Assembly (NCBI GenBank): GCA_027622665.1
Contig: JAQBYT010000043.1
Coordinates: 1-32,105, forward strand
Length of the DNA: 32,105 nucleotides
Reading direction: 5' to 3'
Source: Verrucomicrobiota bacterium
Lineage (GTDB): Bacteria; Verrucomicrobiota; Verrucomicrobiia; Opitutales; Seribacteraceae
How positions within the stretch are numbered: the first letter of the stretch is position 1; each line of letters starts with the position of its first letter. A program made the translations under genes and the position numbers. This document shows, in pieces, positions 1-8,256 of the stretch. The notes beneath the pieces were generated by a model. It ran no database searches, was not told where the DNA came from, and worked only from the letters and a program-made list of their open reading frames with translations.

Positions 1-105
1 AAACTCCATTTGTTCATCAGAGGATTTATTTTTTAAACTTGGATTTTCTCTGTATATCTTTTCAGCGTGGGCTGGGTAAATTGAACTCAAAAATGCTATC
101 CTCAA
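1..105 (-). CDS. N-terminus of a gene running off the left edge, probably a glycosyltransferase
   Basis: TTG at 105 opens MRIAFLSSIYPAHAEKIYRENPSLKNKSSDEQMEF with no stop before base 1. 'MRIAF' is a typical GT-B glycosyltransferase start. Not in the ORF track. Confidence 0.6.
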   Translation of the reverse strand, partial: MRIAFLSSIYPAHAEKIYRENPSLKNKSSDEQMEF

Positions 106-120
106 AATATTATAAATTAT

Positions 121-509
121 GGGTCCTTGCCAAGATGTTGAGTAGGGTTCTCAATTATAATTGAAGCACATTCAATTTAGATCTTGTTTAGTTCAACCAC
201 TCTGTTCCAAAAAATTTATTTCTTATGAATATTCAACTCGGACTGAGTTGTTTAACAGGATATATCCTTGAGGAATAATCTTTTGGGATGCTATGATTAA
301 CTCTTTGAAAGTAGGCGTCCATCTACGGAAACCAGATGAAAAGAATGATTTAGGAGATTCCTTAACGATTGCCATTAGGGCGACTCGTCAATACCATCCT
401 TCTTTGTACTTAAAAGTTTTGCACTTATGTTCACCTTGAAGATTCTTTCTTAATTGTTATATTATTTTAAGAGTTTGAGTTATTTCACATCATTCTCAAT
501 TGTAACTAG
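121..509 (-). pseudogene. Heavily decayed paralog of the methyltransferase-like gene at 1002-1663
   Basis: Manual translation across stops and frameshifts gives LVTIENDVK*LKLLK*...GIDESP*WQSLRNLLNHSFHLVSVDGRLLSKS/LIIASQKIIPQGYILLNNSVRVEYS*EINFLEQSG*TKQDLN*MCFNYN*EPYSTSWQGP. This is collinear with LLSIEHESSWLEKLKQ...NVDDSPYLKRLRELPDNSF/LGSIDGRLRSQSLIISANKIMSGGHLLLDNSDRITYSEGMQYLDELGWYRETLNGLCFDYHWDSYSCIWKKP. Confidence 0.85.
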
Positions 510-712
510 CGATTGGCATCTGAGTACAAAAAATCGTGTACAGAAAGTTGATCTAATTGCCTATATGATGCTTTTTCTAATAAGAATTTAGTTGTCGTAT
601 GGTCTTGTTCCTCTACCAAAATAAAAGTAGGTCTATGCCTCGAAAAATCTATTCCGTCTAGAACCATGTTTTGTGAATTTTGGCAGTATACTATCATAAT
701 TTGGATGTTCAT
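506..712 (-). pseudogene. C-terminal remnant of an FkbM-family methyltransferase
   Basis: VLDGIDFSRHRPTFILVE...YRQLDQLSVHDFLY (from about 667 down) resembles the FkbM C-terminus. The SAM-binding N-terminal part and the 'KIDVEG' motif are absent. Confidence 0.6.
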
Positions 713-903
713 GTTTTATTTTGGGCAATGCATGTTCAGATGGAATATTTATCCATCCACAATTGCTAACAAATACTAGTAGTGATTTGTCTTTATTGCA
801 TATACTTAATGATTTAAACAAAAATAACTTAACAAAATGGATAAAAATACTTTTTAAGTTTGCATCCCAATCTGCGTAAGGATCTGTTGAATATATTTTT
901 GAC

Positions 904-1005
904 CTAATTCTTTTTTTTAAGTTCATTAGGAAGTTTTATAGATTTTAAATAACAATTCAGTTGAGTATTATTAGTATAAATTGATGTAATAAAAGCAACT
1001 TTCAT
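904..1005 (-). pseudogene. Truncated glycosyltransferase-like start (MKVAFITSIY...), paralog of the gene at 105
   Basis: ATG at 1005 overlaps the upstream TGA (ATGA). 33 codons are followed by TAG just after an A8 run (911-918). The start matches MRIAFLSSIY at 105. Decayed continuation may extend to about 675. Confidence 0.55.
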
Positions 1006-1663
1006 GGCTTTTTCCAGATACAAGAATATGAATCCCAATGGTAATCAAAGCATAATCCGTTTAGTGTCTCTCTGTACCAACCTAGTTCATCTAGGTATTG
1101 CATGCCTTCTGAGTATGTTATCCGATCTGAATTATCTAAAAGTAAATGGCCTCCACTCATTATCTTATTGGCACTGATAATAAGACTTTGAGACCTTAGC
1201 CTTCCGTCAATTGACCCTAGATGAAAGAATTATCAGGTAATTCCCTTAATCTTTTTAAGTACGGCGAATCATCCACATTATTATATTTACCCATTTGGAG
1301 ATTTCTATGAGAACATTTCCATTTCTTCGAATATTTCAACATTCGTCTGTCTTGCTTAAGTTTTTCTAACCACGAAGATTCATGTTCAATAGACAATAGA
1401 CTCTGAACTCTTTCTAAATAGAAAAGAGTTGAACCACCGCATCCAGTTTCAAAAACAATTTCATTTCCTTTTAATATATTGTTAAGGAAAAATATTGCAT
1501 TATAGGTCATCCACGGCAATCCAGCATTCAATGGACTACTATTAAGTACTTTGTCGTGAATCCATATTTTGTGAAATAGTAACCTTTTGAAATAAGTCGA
1601 TTCTGTTTTGCTTCTGAACAAGCAATTATTGTAGTCCTTAAATAATTTTACTGGAGAAATCAA
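1002..1663 (-). pseudogene. Class I SAM-methyltransferase-like gene with a 1-bp frameshift near 1220
   Basis: ORF 1217-1663 has LPWMTY and VFETGCGGSTLFY (SAM motif I-like) and stops at PDNSFI*. The adjacent frame continues (H)LGSIDGRLRSQ...GGHLLLDNSDR...WKKP* to TGA 1004-1002. Confidence 0.85.
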
Positions 1664-3009
1664 ATTTCTTTATATACAATTGCGAAGTCTGTTAGTATTT
1701 CACCGTTTCCCTCTTTTTGAACTCTTCCCGTCTCGTAGAAATCACCATTCACAACTTTTAATTGAATTGCGTTTGGCAACCAATCAATGGCTTTTTCTCC
1801 AACACCCAAAAAGGTTGTAACGAAGTAGTTACCCTCAGATAAGTTAAGCCTTTTGATTCTAACATCGATGGAGAAGTTATCTGCCGGTTCCATCTTGAAA
1901 TTAATCATTCTTGAATCAATAGTGGTTATTCTTTTACCAGAATTTGTGTCGATTCCAAATCGGAAGGAAGGTTTTTCGATGGTTACTTTGGTTCTTGTGA
2001 ATTTAAAATGGAAAATGGCTTCTTCACCGTTTTTAAGAAATGATAATTCTGCTCCATCTTTTGACTTTAACTTTATATCAACTAGTTTAAATTCTCCTGT
2101 CCCATTCCGATCTTTCCTGTCAATTATATTTTGTGAATTGGATTTCGAGGGTAATACAATGTCGTAATAATTCTGGATTACACTATCAGTGACACCTTGG
2201 GTTTTAATCTCTCCTTTGTTGAGTAAAATGCAACTTGAACATAAATTTTCGACCATTGGCATTTGGTGACTGACTAAGAGAATTGTTTTTCCCTCTGAAG
2301 AAATGTTTTTCATTTTTCCGATACATTTTTCTTGAAAGGAAACATCTCCAACTGCCAACACTTCATCCACAATGAGTATATCTGGATCTAGGTGAGCCGC
2401 TACTGCGAATCCTAATCGTACAGTCATACCGGAAGAATAGCGCTTTATAGGGGTGTCTATGAAGTCAGAAACACCAGCAAAATCTACAATCTCTTCGAAC
2501 TTTTTTGTTACCTCTTTTCGAGTCATTCCAAGAATTGCTCCGTTTACATATACATTTTCACGACCAGTCAATTCGGGGTGGAATCCAGTGCCGACTTCCA
2601 GCAATGACGCGACTCTTCCACGAACCTTAACCTCTCCTTTTGTTGGTTCTGTGATGCGGGAAAGGATTTTGAGTAGAGTGGACTTTCCAGAACCATTAGC
2701 TCCAATTAGACCTACCACATCTCCCTTTCTGATGGAAAAACGGAGATCTCGAAGAGCCCAAAACTCACTTTCATTTGTGAGTTGCGATTGGTTGATTGAT
2801 TGATCGGTATAATTCGTTGCTGGTGACTTCTGTTGCTTTTTCTTACGATTCCACCATCGGCTCAAGTCTTCGCGTAGGCTGGTCATTCCTATAGTGCCCA
2901 ATCTATATTTTTTCGATAAGTTGGTTACTTCTATTGAATGCTCGGTTTTCACATCGGTTGGTGAATGTACTTCTCTACTGATATCATTTTGAATCCTTGT
3001 GGCAGTCAA
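1660..3009 (-). CDS. wzt: Polysaccharide ABC exporter ATP-binding subunit with C-terminal carbohydrate-binding (Wzt_C) extension
   Basis: Walker A GANGSGKST, ASLLEVGTGFHPELTGREN, signature YSSGM, Walker B ILIVDE, H-loop VSH, and a roughly 170-aa beta-rich C-terminal extension. TTG start. Confidence 0.95.
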   Translation of the reverse strand: MTATRIQNDISREVHSPTDVKTEHSIEVTNLSKKYRLGTIGMTSLREDLSRWWNRKKKQQKSPATNYTDQSINQSQLTNESEFWALRDLRFSIRKGDVVGLIGANGSGKSTLLKILSRITEPTKGEVKVRGRVASLLEVGTGFHPELTGRENVYVNGAILGMTRKEVTKKFEEIVDFAGVSDFIDTPIKRYSSGMTVRLGFAVAAHLDPDILIVDEVLAVGDVSFQEKCIGKMKNISSEGKTILLVSHQMPMVENLCSSCILLNKGEIKTQGVTDSVIQNYYDIVLPSKSNSQNIIDRKDRNGTGEFKLVDIKLKSKDGAELSFLKNGEEAIFHFKFTRTKVTIEKPSFRFGIDTNSGKRITTIDSRMINFKMEPADNFSIDVRIKRLNLSEGNYFVTTFLGVGEKAIDWLPNAIQLKVVNGDFYETGRVQKEGNGEILTDFAIVYKEI

Positions 3010-3571
3010 TTATCAGAGATGTGTAACGATACGGTTTTTCCACAGTATTTCTCTCGTCGTTGTTAACTGACCGTCTAACCTTACCCCACTCTGCATTCCA
3101 TTCTTTTTTTTGGAAATTACCTTTCTTATCCCAATATTCTAGCGGGTTAATCCTTAATCCAGCCTTCTCGAAAACCTGTGAGAGGACCTCGATTGTGAAC
3201 AGGCACTTGTGGTCATCTGCTCCTGCACCATTTCCGTCTGGCTTTACATATTCTATATACGAAGGGTCTGGATGGTTTCCATCCGGTACTGCGATTCTAA
3301 CTCGTCCCCCATTTTGCAGAAAATTAAAACAATTTCGAGCTCCCTTCAAAGCGTCATCTTCTTCGAGGTGTTCCCATACATGTTCCGCAAAAAATGCTAA
3401 TTTGGATCCTTTTTTCCAATCCTTTCCACACTGTGTTTCAGACGTAATATCAATTTCAGGGAAGTCGGTGGACTTCCACCCATCTTGAAATGTATCAGAC
3501 GAGCCAATTATTATTTTCTTAGAATGACGTAATTGATACAGGTGTCTAAAATGGTAATAATTAGAGATCAA
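2984..3571 (-). CDS. SAM-dependent methyltransferase (type 11-like)
   Basis: AEHVWEHL...NCFNFLQNGGRVRIAVPD motif typical of glycan-locus methyltransferases. TTG start, overlapping the wzt start region. Confidence 0.85.
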   Translation of the reverse strand: MISNYYHFRHLYQLRHSKKIIIGSSDTFQDGWKSTDFPEIDITSETQCGKDWKKGSKLAFFAEHVWEHLEEDDALKGARNCFNFLQNGGRVRIAVPDGNHPDPSYIEYVKPDGNGAGADDHKCLFTIEVLSQVFEKAGLRINPLEYWDKKGNFQKKEWNAEWGKVRRSVNNDERNTVEKPYRYTSLIIDCHKDSK

Positions 3572-3605
3572 ATAACCTTTGATTTTTGTGAGGACTGTGA
3601 AACTC

Positions 3606-4460
3606 CTATAAATAGTCTACGACTCTTCTCTCCGTCCGTTTAAAAAGGTACATCCCGGAGAGCAACATGACAGCTGCGACGACGAATGAATAAAGAAGGA
3701 GAGAGGCTGAAAAGGAACCTTTACCCAACAAGCCGAAGCGGAAGGCTTCGACAACGGGTGCCATGGGGTTAAGGGATGCCCAGAAGCGATACTGCTCAGG
3801 GACCTCCGAAAGTGGATAGATGATGGGGGTAGCGTACATTAGAGCTTGAGCCAGAAAACCGGTGATTTGACAGAAGTCTCGATACTTGGCGGTGAGAACG
3901 GACATCCATAATCCAAGTCCCAACCCAAGGGCGGCAACCAAGGGAATGAGCAGTGGTAGTATGGCCAAGACCCAGGTAAACCCAAAAGGTTCGGCTACAG
4001 GTACGAAGAGCTTATAAATCAAAAAGTATCCGAAAAAAAAGATGACTTGGATGGAAAAGCCGAACAAACCGGAAATGCAATTAGCCAAGGGATTGATAAG
4101 CCTCGGGTAATACACTTTTTGGTAAATGCCTGCATTGGCGACGAAGGTTGAAGCATTTCCAGTGAAGCATCCCGAGAAATAACCCCAAATGATGAGTCCG
4201 GAATTGTAGAAGAGGAGGGGAGGGAGACCTTCGGTTGGTATTTTGGCGAAAGTTCCGAAGATTAGGGTGAAGACGATGGTAAGGAAAAGAGGTTGCAGGA
4301 CGAACCATGCTGGACCCAGGATTGTCTGCTTGTACTGTGCGACAAAGTCGCGACGAACGAGGAGGTAAAGGAGATCACGGTACTGCCAAATGCCAGCGAA
4401 ATCGAAACCCGTCCATCCGCTGGAGGGTTTGAGGGTGGTGATGTTGTCGCTTGAGGAAAT
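3606..4460 (-). CDS. wzm: Polysaccharide ABC exporter permease (ABC-2), about 284 aa, apparent ATT start
   Basis: The frame of ORF 3606-4115 stays open upstream and encodes the conserved Wzm N-terminus ITTLKPSSGW...IWQYRDLLYLLVRRDFVAQYKQTILGPAWFVLQPL...KVYYPRL. There is no in-frame ATG/GTG/TTG between the TAG near 4602 and 4115. ATT at 4460 gives (M)SSSDNITTLKP. The start position is inferred. Confidence 0.9.
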   Translation of the reverse strand: MSSSDNITTLKPSSGWTGFDFAGIWQYRDLLYLLVRRDFVAQYKQTILGPAWFVLQPLFLTIVFTLIFGTFAKIPTEGLPPLLFYNSGLIIWGYFSGCFTGNASTFVANAGIYQKVYYPRLINPLANCISGLFGFSIQVIFFFGYFLIYKLFVPVAEPFGFTWVLAILPLLIPLVAALGLGLGLWMSVLTAKYRDFCQITGFLAQALMYATPIIYPLSEVPEQYRFWASLNPMAPVVEAFRFGLLGKGSFSASLLLYSFVVAAVMLLSGMYLFKRTERRVVDYL

Positions 4461-4482
4461 GGGGAGAAGGAATGTGACGAGT

Positions 4483-5487
4483 TTAGCGACCGACGAGTTT
4501 ACGGCTAAGGTCGGAACTGGCTTGCTCCGTAGTCTTTGAGTGGACGTACCAGTCGATGGTTTTTTGTAGGCCTTCGGTGAAAATGGTTTGCGGAGACCAA
4601 CCTAATAATTCTTTTGCGAGAGCATTGCTGGCCACGCGGTTAAGCGGGCCGGTCGGTTTGTCGAGAAGTAACTTGATGGAGGCACCGGGGTTCAGGGTGT
4701 CGATGACCTGTTTGGCACAATCCTTAACCTTGATGCGTTCCATGGTGCCGAGGTTGACCGAGGTTCCGTCGTGGATCTTTTCGGCGGCGGCGATGGTGCC
4801 GGACACGATGTCGTCGACGTGGGTCCAATTGCGAATCTGCTCGCCGTTTCCCCAAACTTCAAATGGATCTAGCTTCAGGTATCCGCGGGCGATCATAGCC
4901 ATGACTGCATGGTTCTCCGTGCATCTTGGGCCATAAACAGTGAAGTAACGACAGGAAGTTGTCTGCAGACCGTGTTGCTGATGATAGGCCTTGAGCGTTA
5001 GCTCGGCCATCAATTTGGCCCAGCCATAGAGATCGTCGGCCTCGTAGGGCGGGGTAACCATGTCTTCGTGAAGAAAGACTTCCTTGGTGACGTCCATTTG
5101 GGCGGAGGTTGGGTAGACGCATCCGGAAGAGGCAAAGACGATCTTTTCAACACCATTGCGATGGGCGTAGCGAAACACTTGCCCGTCCAAGATCAAGTTG
5201 GTCGAACACTCGACTTGGTGGGCGTCGATGTAGCCGCGTCCGCCATGATCGGCGGCCAAGTGAAAGACGAGATCCATCCCTTTGGTCGAACGGTCGCAAA
5301 AAGCTGGCTCGAGGAGGTCGCCCTCGAAGACTTCGCAATCGAGGGATTCGAGATGTTTCCGTTCGCCGCTCGAGAAGTTGTCTGCCACTCGAACTTGGGC
5401 GTTCAAGGCCAAGAGTTGTTCAGTGAGATGAGAACCGATGAATGAGGCTCCGCCGGTGACGAGAACTTTTTTTGAGTTCCAATTCAT
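4483..5487 (-). CDS. NAD-dependent nucleotide-sugar epimerase, GDP-mannose 3,5-epimerase-like extended SDR
   Basis: VLVTGGASFIGSH, HLAADHGGRGYI (cf. LAADMGGMGFI of GME), ASSGCVYP, YGWAK (YxxxK), WGNGEQIRNWTHVDD. Confidence 0.9.
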   Translation of the reverse strand: MNWNSKKVLVTGGASFIGSHLTEQLLALNAQVRVADNFSSGERKHLESLDCEVFEGDLLEPAFCDRSTKGMDLVFHLAADHGGRGYIDAHQVECSTNLILDGQVFRYAHRNGVEKIVFASSGCVYPTSAQMDVTKEVFLHEDMVTPPYEADDLYGWAKLMAELTLKAYHQQHGLQTTSCRYFTVYGPRCTENHAVMAMIARGYLKLDPFEVWGNGEQIRNWTHVDDIVSGTIAAAEKIHDGTSVNLGTMERIKVKDCAKQVIDTLNPGASIKLLLDKPTGPLNRVASNALAKELLGWSPQTIFTEGLQKTIDWYVHSKTTEQASSDLSRKLVGR

Positions 5488-5503
5488 GATTGAGTAGTGT
5501 GCA

Positions 5504-6343
5504 CTAGGGTTTGATAGCTTCTACGTAAAGGGAGTCTGGTTTGCGGGGAATTCCCGTTTGAGTAAAATCCAGAAAAAAATCAGCCCAACCAGTAATGTCG
5601 CTTTGGTTTGCCGATTTAATTGAAATAGTGCGGAAACCAATTTGCTCTAGCAATTGTTCCAAGGAGAAGCGATCGTACATGTGTTTATGAACCTCTCCTG
5701 TATTCCCAAAACGACCTTCAGTAAGGGCTTGGTAATCTTCATTTCCTAAAAATTTCAAGCTTAACCAATTTTTCCAAAACGATCTTTGAAGTATTTTCTT
5801 TAAGCTCATCTTGATGCGGAGGTGTATCGGTATGGTGTTCGAAGGACTTTCTTTTGAGTTCGATTCTGAGGGAGCTTTTTCCAAGTGAGGGCTCACCTGT
5901 TGACCGCATCTTTCGATAATGAAATCTTTGTTCGGTGGGTTAGACCGTAAGAAATCAAGCATTCGTCCCCCTGACGTTTTCCTTGTGGTCTGGTCGTAAA
6001 GTTCGAGACGCATCCATTCTGCATCCATTTTGGCTGAATCATCGCCCTTATCTATGCGAGAGATGGCAGAAAGATAGGCTTTGCAGATGCCTTCCAAGTC
6101 TGGGACCACAACCCGTAGGATGCCTTTGGGTTTTAAAACGCGAAAACATTCCTCTACGAGGATTTGCCCGCCTTCTACGGCCAAGTGTTCGAGTAAATGA
6201 GAATGGTAAACGACGTCTACACTTCCCGATTTGAACGGAACCCCTTGTTTTGCTTCCCAATACTCGATGTCTTCGGACAAAGGATTGACATCGAGGTTTC
6301 TCCAAGACGAATGAACAGTCGATCCACAGCCAAGATTGAGCAA
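5504..6343 (-). CDS. SAM-dependent methyltransferase (type 11)
   Basis: LNLGCG motif I, SVDVVYHSHLLEHL, ECFRVLKPKGILRVVVPD, GEVHKHMYD, SLYVEAIK. TTG start. Confidence 0.92.
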   Translation of the reverse strand: MLNLGCGSTVHSSWRNLDVNPLSEDIEYWEAKQGVPFKSGSVDVVYHSHLLEHLAVEGGQILVEECFRVLKPKGILRVVVPDLEGICKAYLSAISRIDKGDDSAKMDAEWMRLELYDQTTRKTSGGRMLDFLRSNPPNKDFIIERCGQQVSPHLEKAPSESNSKESPSNTIPIHLRIKMSLKKILQRSFWKNWLSLKFLGNEDYQALTEGRFGNTGEVHKHMYDRFSLEQLLEQIGFRTISIKSANQSDITGWADFFLDFTQTGIPRKPDSLYVEAIKP

Positions 6344-6379
6344 AGTGAAGTTGTTTTTGATAGAAATTGATAGAAAACT

Positions 6380-7081
6380 TTAGATTTTCAATAACTCCTC
6401 GGCAATCATTCTAGCCAACTGAGTATGCCCACGAGCATTAAGGTGTACGCCGTCATCGAGGAGATGGTTTTTGGTGAATATTAAAGGATCCTTCCACCAT
6501 TTTCCAAGACTGTCCTGATCAGAAGCGATGCGTGGTTCGAGTATCTTGTTGTTATGGTAAATGGGATGTATCGGGAGAAACCAAACTGGGGTGTTTGGAT
6601 AGCGATTCTTAATGCGATTAATCAAGCCGACCTGCGATTTCATTGTTTCTTGCTCTGTTCGGCCCTCGAGCAAGTCATTGATGCCGGATTGAGCTATGAT
6701 GAGCCGCGGTGCTGCAATTTGGGAGTAATTATCCACCATGGATGAGATTTGCTGACTGTTTGCTCCTCGTTCGGCCAAAACTTTGTAATCGATGTCTTGA
6801 ATTGAACGCAGCTTGGTGATGAAACCGCGTGGGCGGTTTCCTTCATGCGTAATAGAGTCACCGACAAAAAGAATGTTGTCGGTTGAGGAGGGAGAAACGC
6901 CCATCATGTCGAAGTGAATGGAGTAGGAGTCCCAACGGAAATGAAGGAGAAAAAAGAGAGTTGTCCCCAGCATTAAGAGGAGAGCGGCAAAAATGCGCAA
7001 GGTCCGAGTCTTTCCGAGCCATGCAATTCCAAATGCTAAAAGAATGGGAAGTATGGTGAATGAAAATGGATGGATGGCCAT
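6380..7081 (-). CDS. Membrane-anchored SGNH/GDSL hydrolase-fold protein (candidate O-acetyltransferase or esterase)
   Basis: Blocks FVGDSIT, RGANS, SGINDL, DGVHLN. Two N-terminal hydrophobic helices. ATG 7081 lies 5 nt after the upstream stop, so the track start 7345 is over-extended. Confidence 0.85.
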   Translation of the reverse strand: MAIHPFSFTILPILLAFGIAWLGKTRTLRIFAALLLMLGTTLFFLLHFRWDSYSIHFDMMGVSPSSTDNILFVGDSITHEGNRPRGFITKLRSIQDIDYKVLAERGANSQQISSMVDNYSQIAAPRLIIAQSGINDLLEGRTEQETMKSQVGLINRIKNRYPNTPVWFLPIHPIYHNNKILEPRIASDQDSLGKWWKDPLIFTKNHLLDDGVHLNARGHTQLARMIAEELLKI

Positions 7082-7086
7082 GTGGA

Positions 7087-8166
7087 TTAGGAGTGAATCC
7101 CACATTTTCGCGCAAGAAAAGGAAAGCTCGACAATGCAATTGAGCGATAACTTCTTAAAGGGCGCTCGAAGGGAAATGAAAATGCATAGCAAAGTAAAAG
7201 TACAAGAATGATTGCCGTAGAAAGGCTCAGGTAGGGGAGATTTCCGGAAGCAGATAGGGCACTGATGAAAGCCATTAGGGGGAAGTGGATCACATAAAGA
7301 GAAAAAGAACATCCCGCTAGGTGTTTTAATAAGGATCCGAAGCAAGTCTTGCGATTATCACTTAGCTTGAGCCAACGGCTGCAACCGAAAATCAATAGAC
7401 CAAGGGCCATTGCGGTCGAATAGTCGTCGAAGTATTTGGCGGAATAAAAAAGGGGTGGGAAACCGAGACCTTGTATATCCCAAGGATGCCAATGGCTCCA
7501 ACGCTCGGTCATTCGATGAATAAGAAATCCAGCGCTTGGAATTATAAGTAGCAAAGATATTATGGTGTTTGTTCGCCAGTACTTACAAGCCTTGTAGGCG
7601 AATACTCCGACCAACCAACAAGGAAAAAGAAGAAGCACTTTAGGACCGGCGAGAAGAGAGGCGATGGTGCCCGCCAAAATCTTTTTTTTAAGGGTGGGTA
7701 GAAGCATAACCAGACCGAAAATTAAATAGTAGAAGAATTCGTAAGATAAGGACCAGAAGGGGCTGTTTGAACCAGGGCGAATACTGAGAAACCAGCTTTC
7801 GTTTAGAAAGGAAGCGGAAACAAGATATTTTACCAACATGTGGTCACCCCCGAAAATGGATTCGTAGGTGGTCGCATTCATGCTCCTACCCCAGTAGTCG
7901 AGGGCACATCCGATAGCTAAGGCGGGGATGACTACTGTCCAAAGTCGAGTAAGCCTTGCGAAAAGATACTGGTTGAAGTTCAAGTCCGGCTTGTTGTCGA
8001 CCGACCAACTAATCACGAAGCCGGAAAGTACGAAGAATACGATGACGTAATCTTGACCGTTCTGTGGTCCGATAGAGCTTGGGCCAAAAAACCAATGAAA
8101 ATTCGTGTGGCCAAGAAAAACGGCAAGAGTCGCTGTAATGCGCAATAGATCCAAGAATCCCCTCAT
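7087..8166 (-). CDS. Acyltransferase family 3 (OafA/YrhL-like) membrane protein
   Basis: LDLLR...VFLGH, VFFVLSGFVI, ARLTRLW, FWSLSYEFFYY, SFSLYVIHFP, FERP. Confidence 0.93.
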   Translation of the reverse strand: MRGFLDLLRITATLAVFLGHTNFHWFFGPSSIGPQNGQDYVIVFFVLSGFVISWSVDNKPDLNFNQYLFARLTRLWTVVIPALAIGCALDYWGRSMNATTYESIFGGDHMLVKYLVSASFLNESWFLSIRPGSNSPFWSLSYEFFYYLIFGLVMLLPTLKKKILAGTIASLLAGPKVLLLFPCWLVGVFAYKACKYWRTNTIISLLLIIPSAGFLIHRMTERWSHWHPWDIQGLGFPPLFYSAKYFDDYSTAMALGLLIFGCSRWLKLSDNRKTCFGSLLKHLAGCSFSLYVIHFPLMAFISALSASGNLPYLSLSTAIILVLLLCYAFSFPFERPLRSYRSIALSSFPFLARKCGIHS

Positions 8167-8256
8167 GGGCTATATTGCTCAATTGATGGAAGTATTACGA
8201 TACAGTACTTTTCGTCCTTGTAAATGCTTCGGATGGGGAAATCCAGTCCGCGCTTT

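Noticed and set aside
121..509. In-frame TGA at aligned Trp/Gly positions suggesting stop-codon recoding
   Set aside because: The same relic has TAA stops and frameshifts, and TGA ends intact genes elsewhere (wzt, trpE, mtaB). This is ordinary decay.
633..926. 97-aa ORF as an independent gene
   Set aside because: Lies among pseudogene fragments and is better explained as a shifted piece of the decayed gene starting at 1005.
7082..7345. N-terminal extension of the SGNH ORF overlapping the acyltransferase
   Set aside because: Longest-ORF artefact. ATG 7081 gives a non-overlapping gene.
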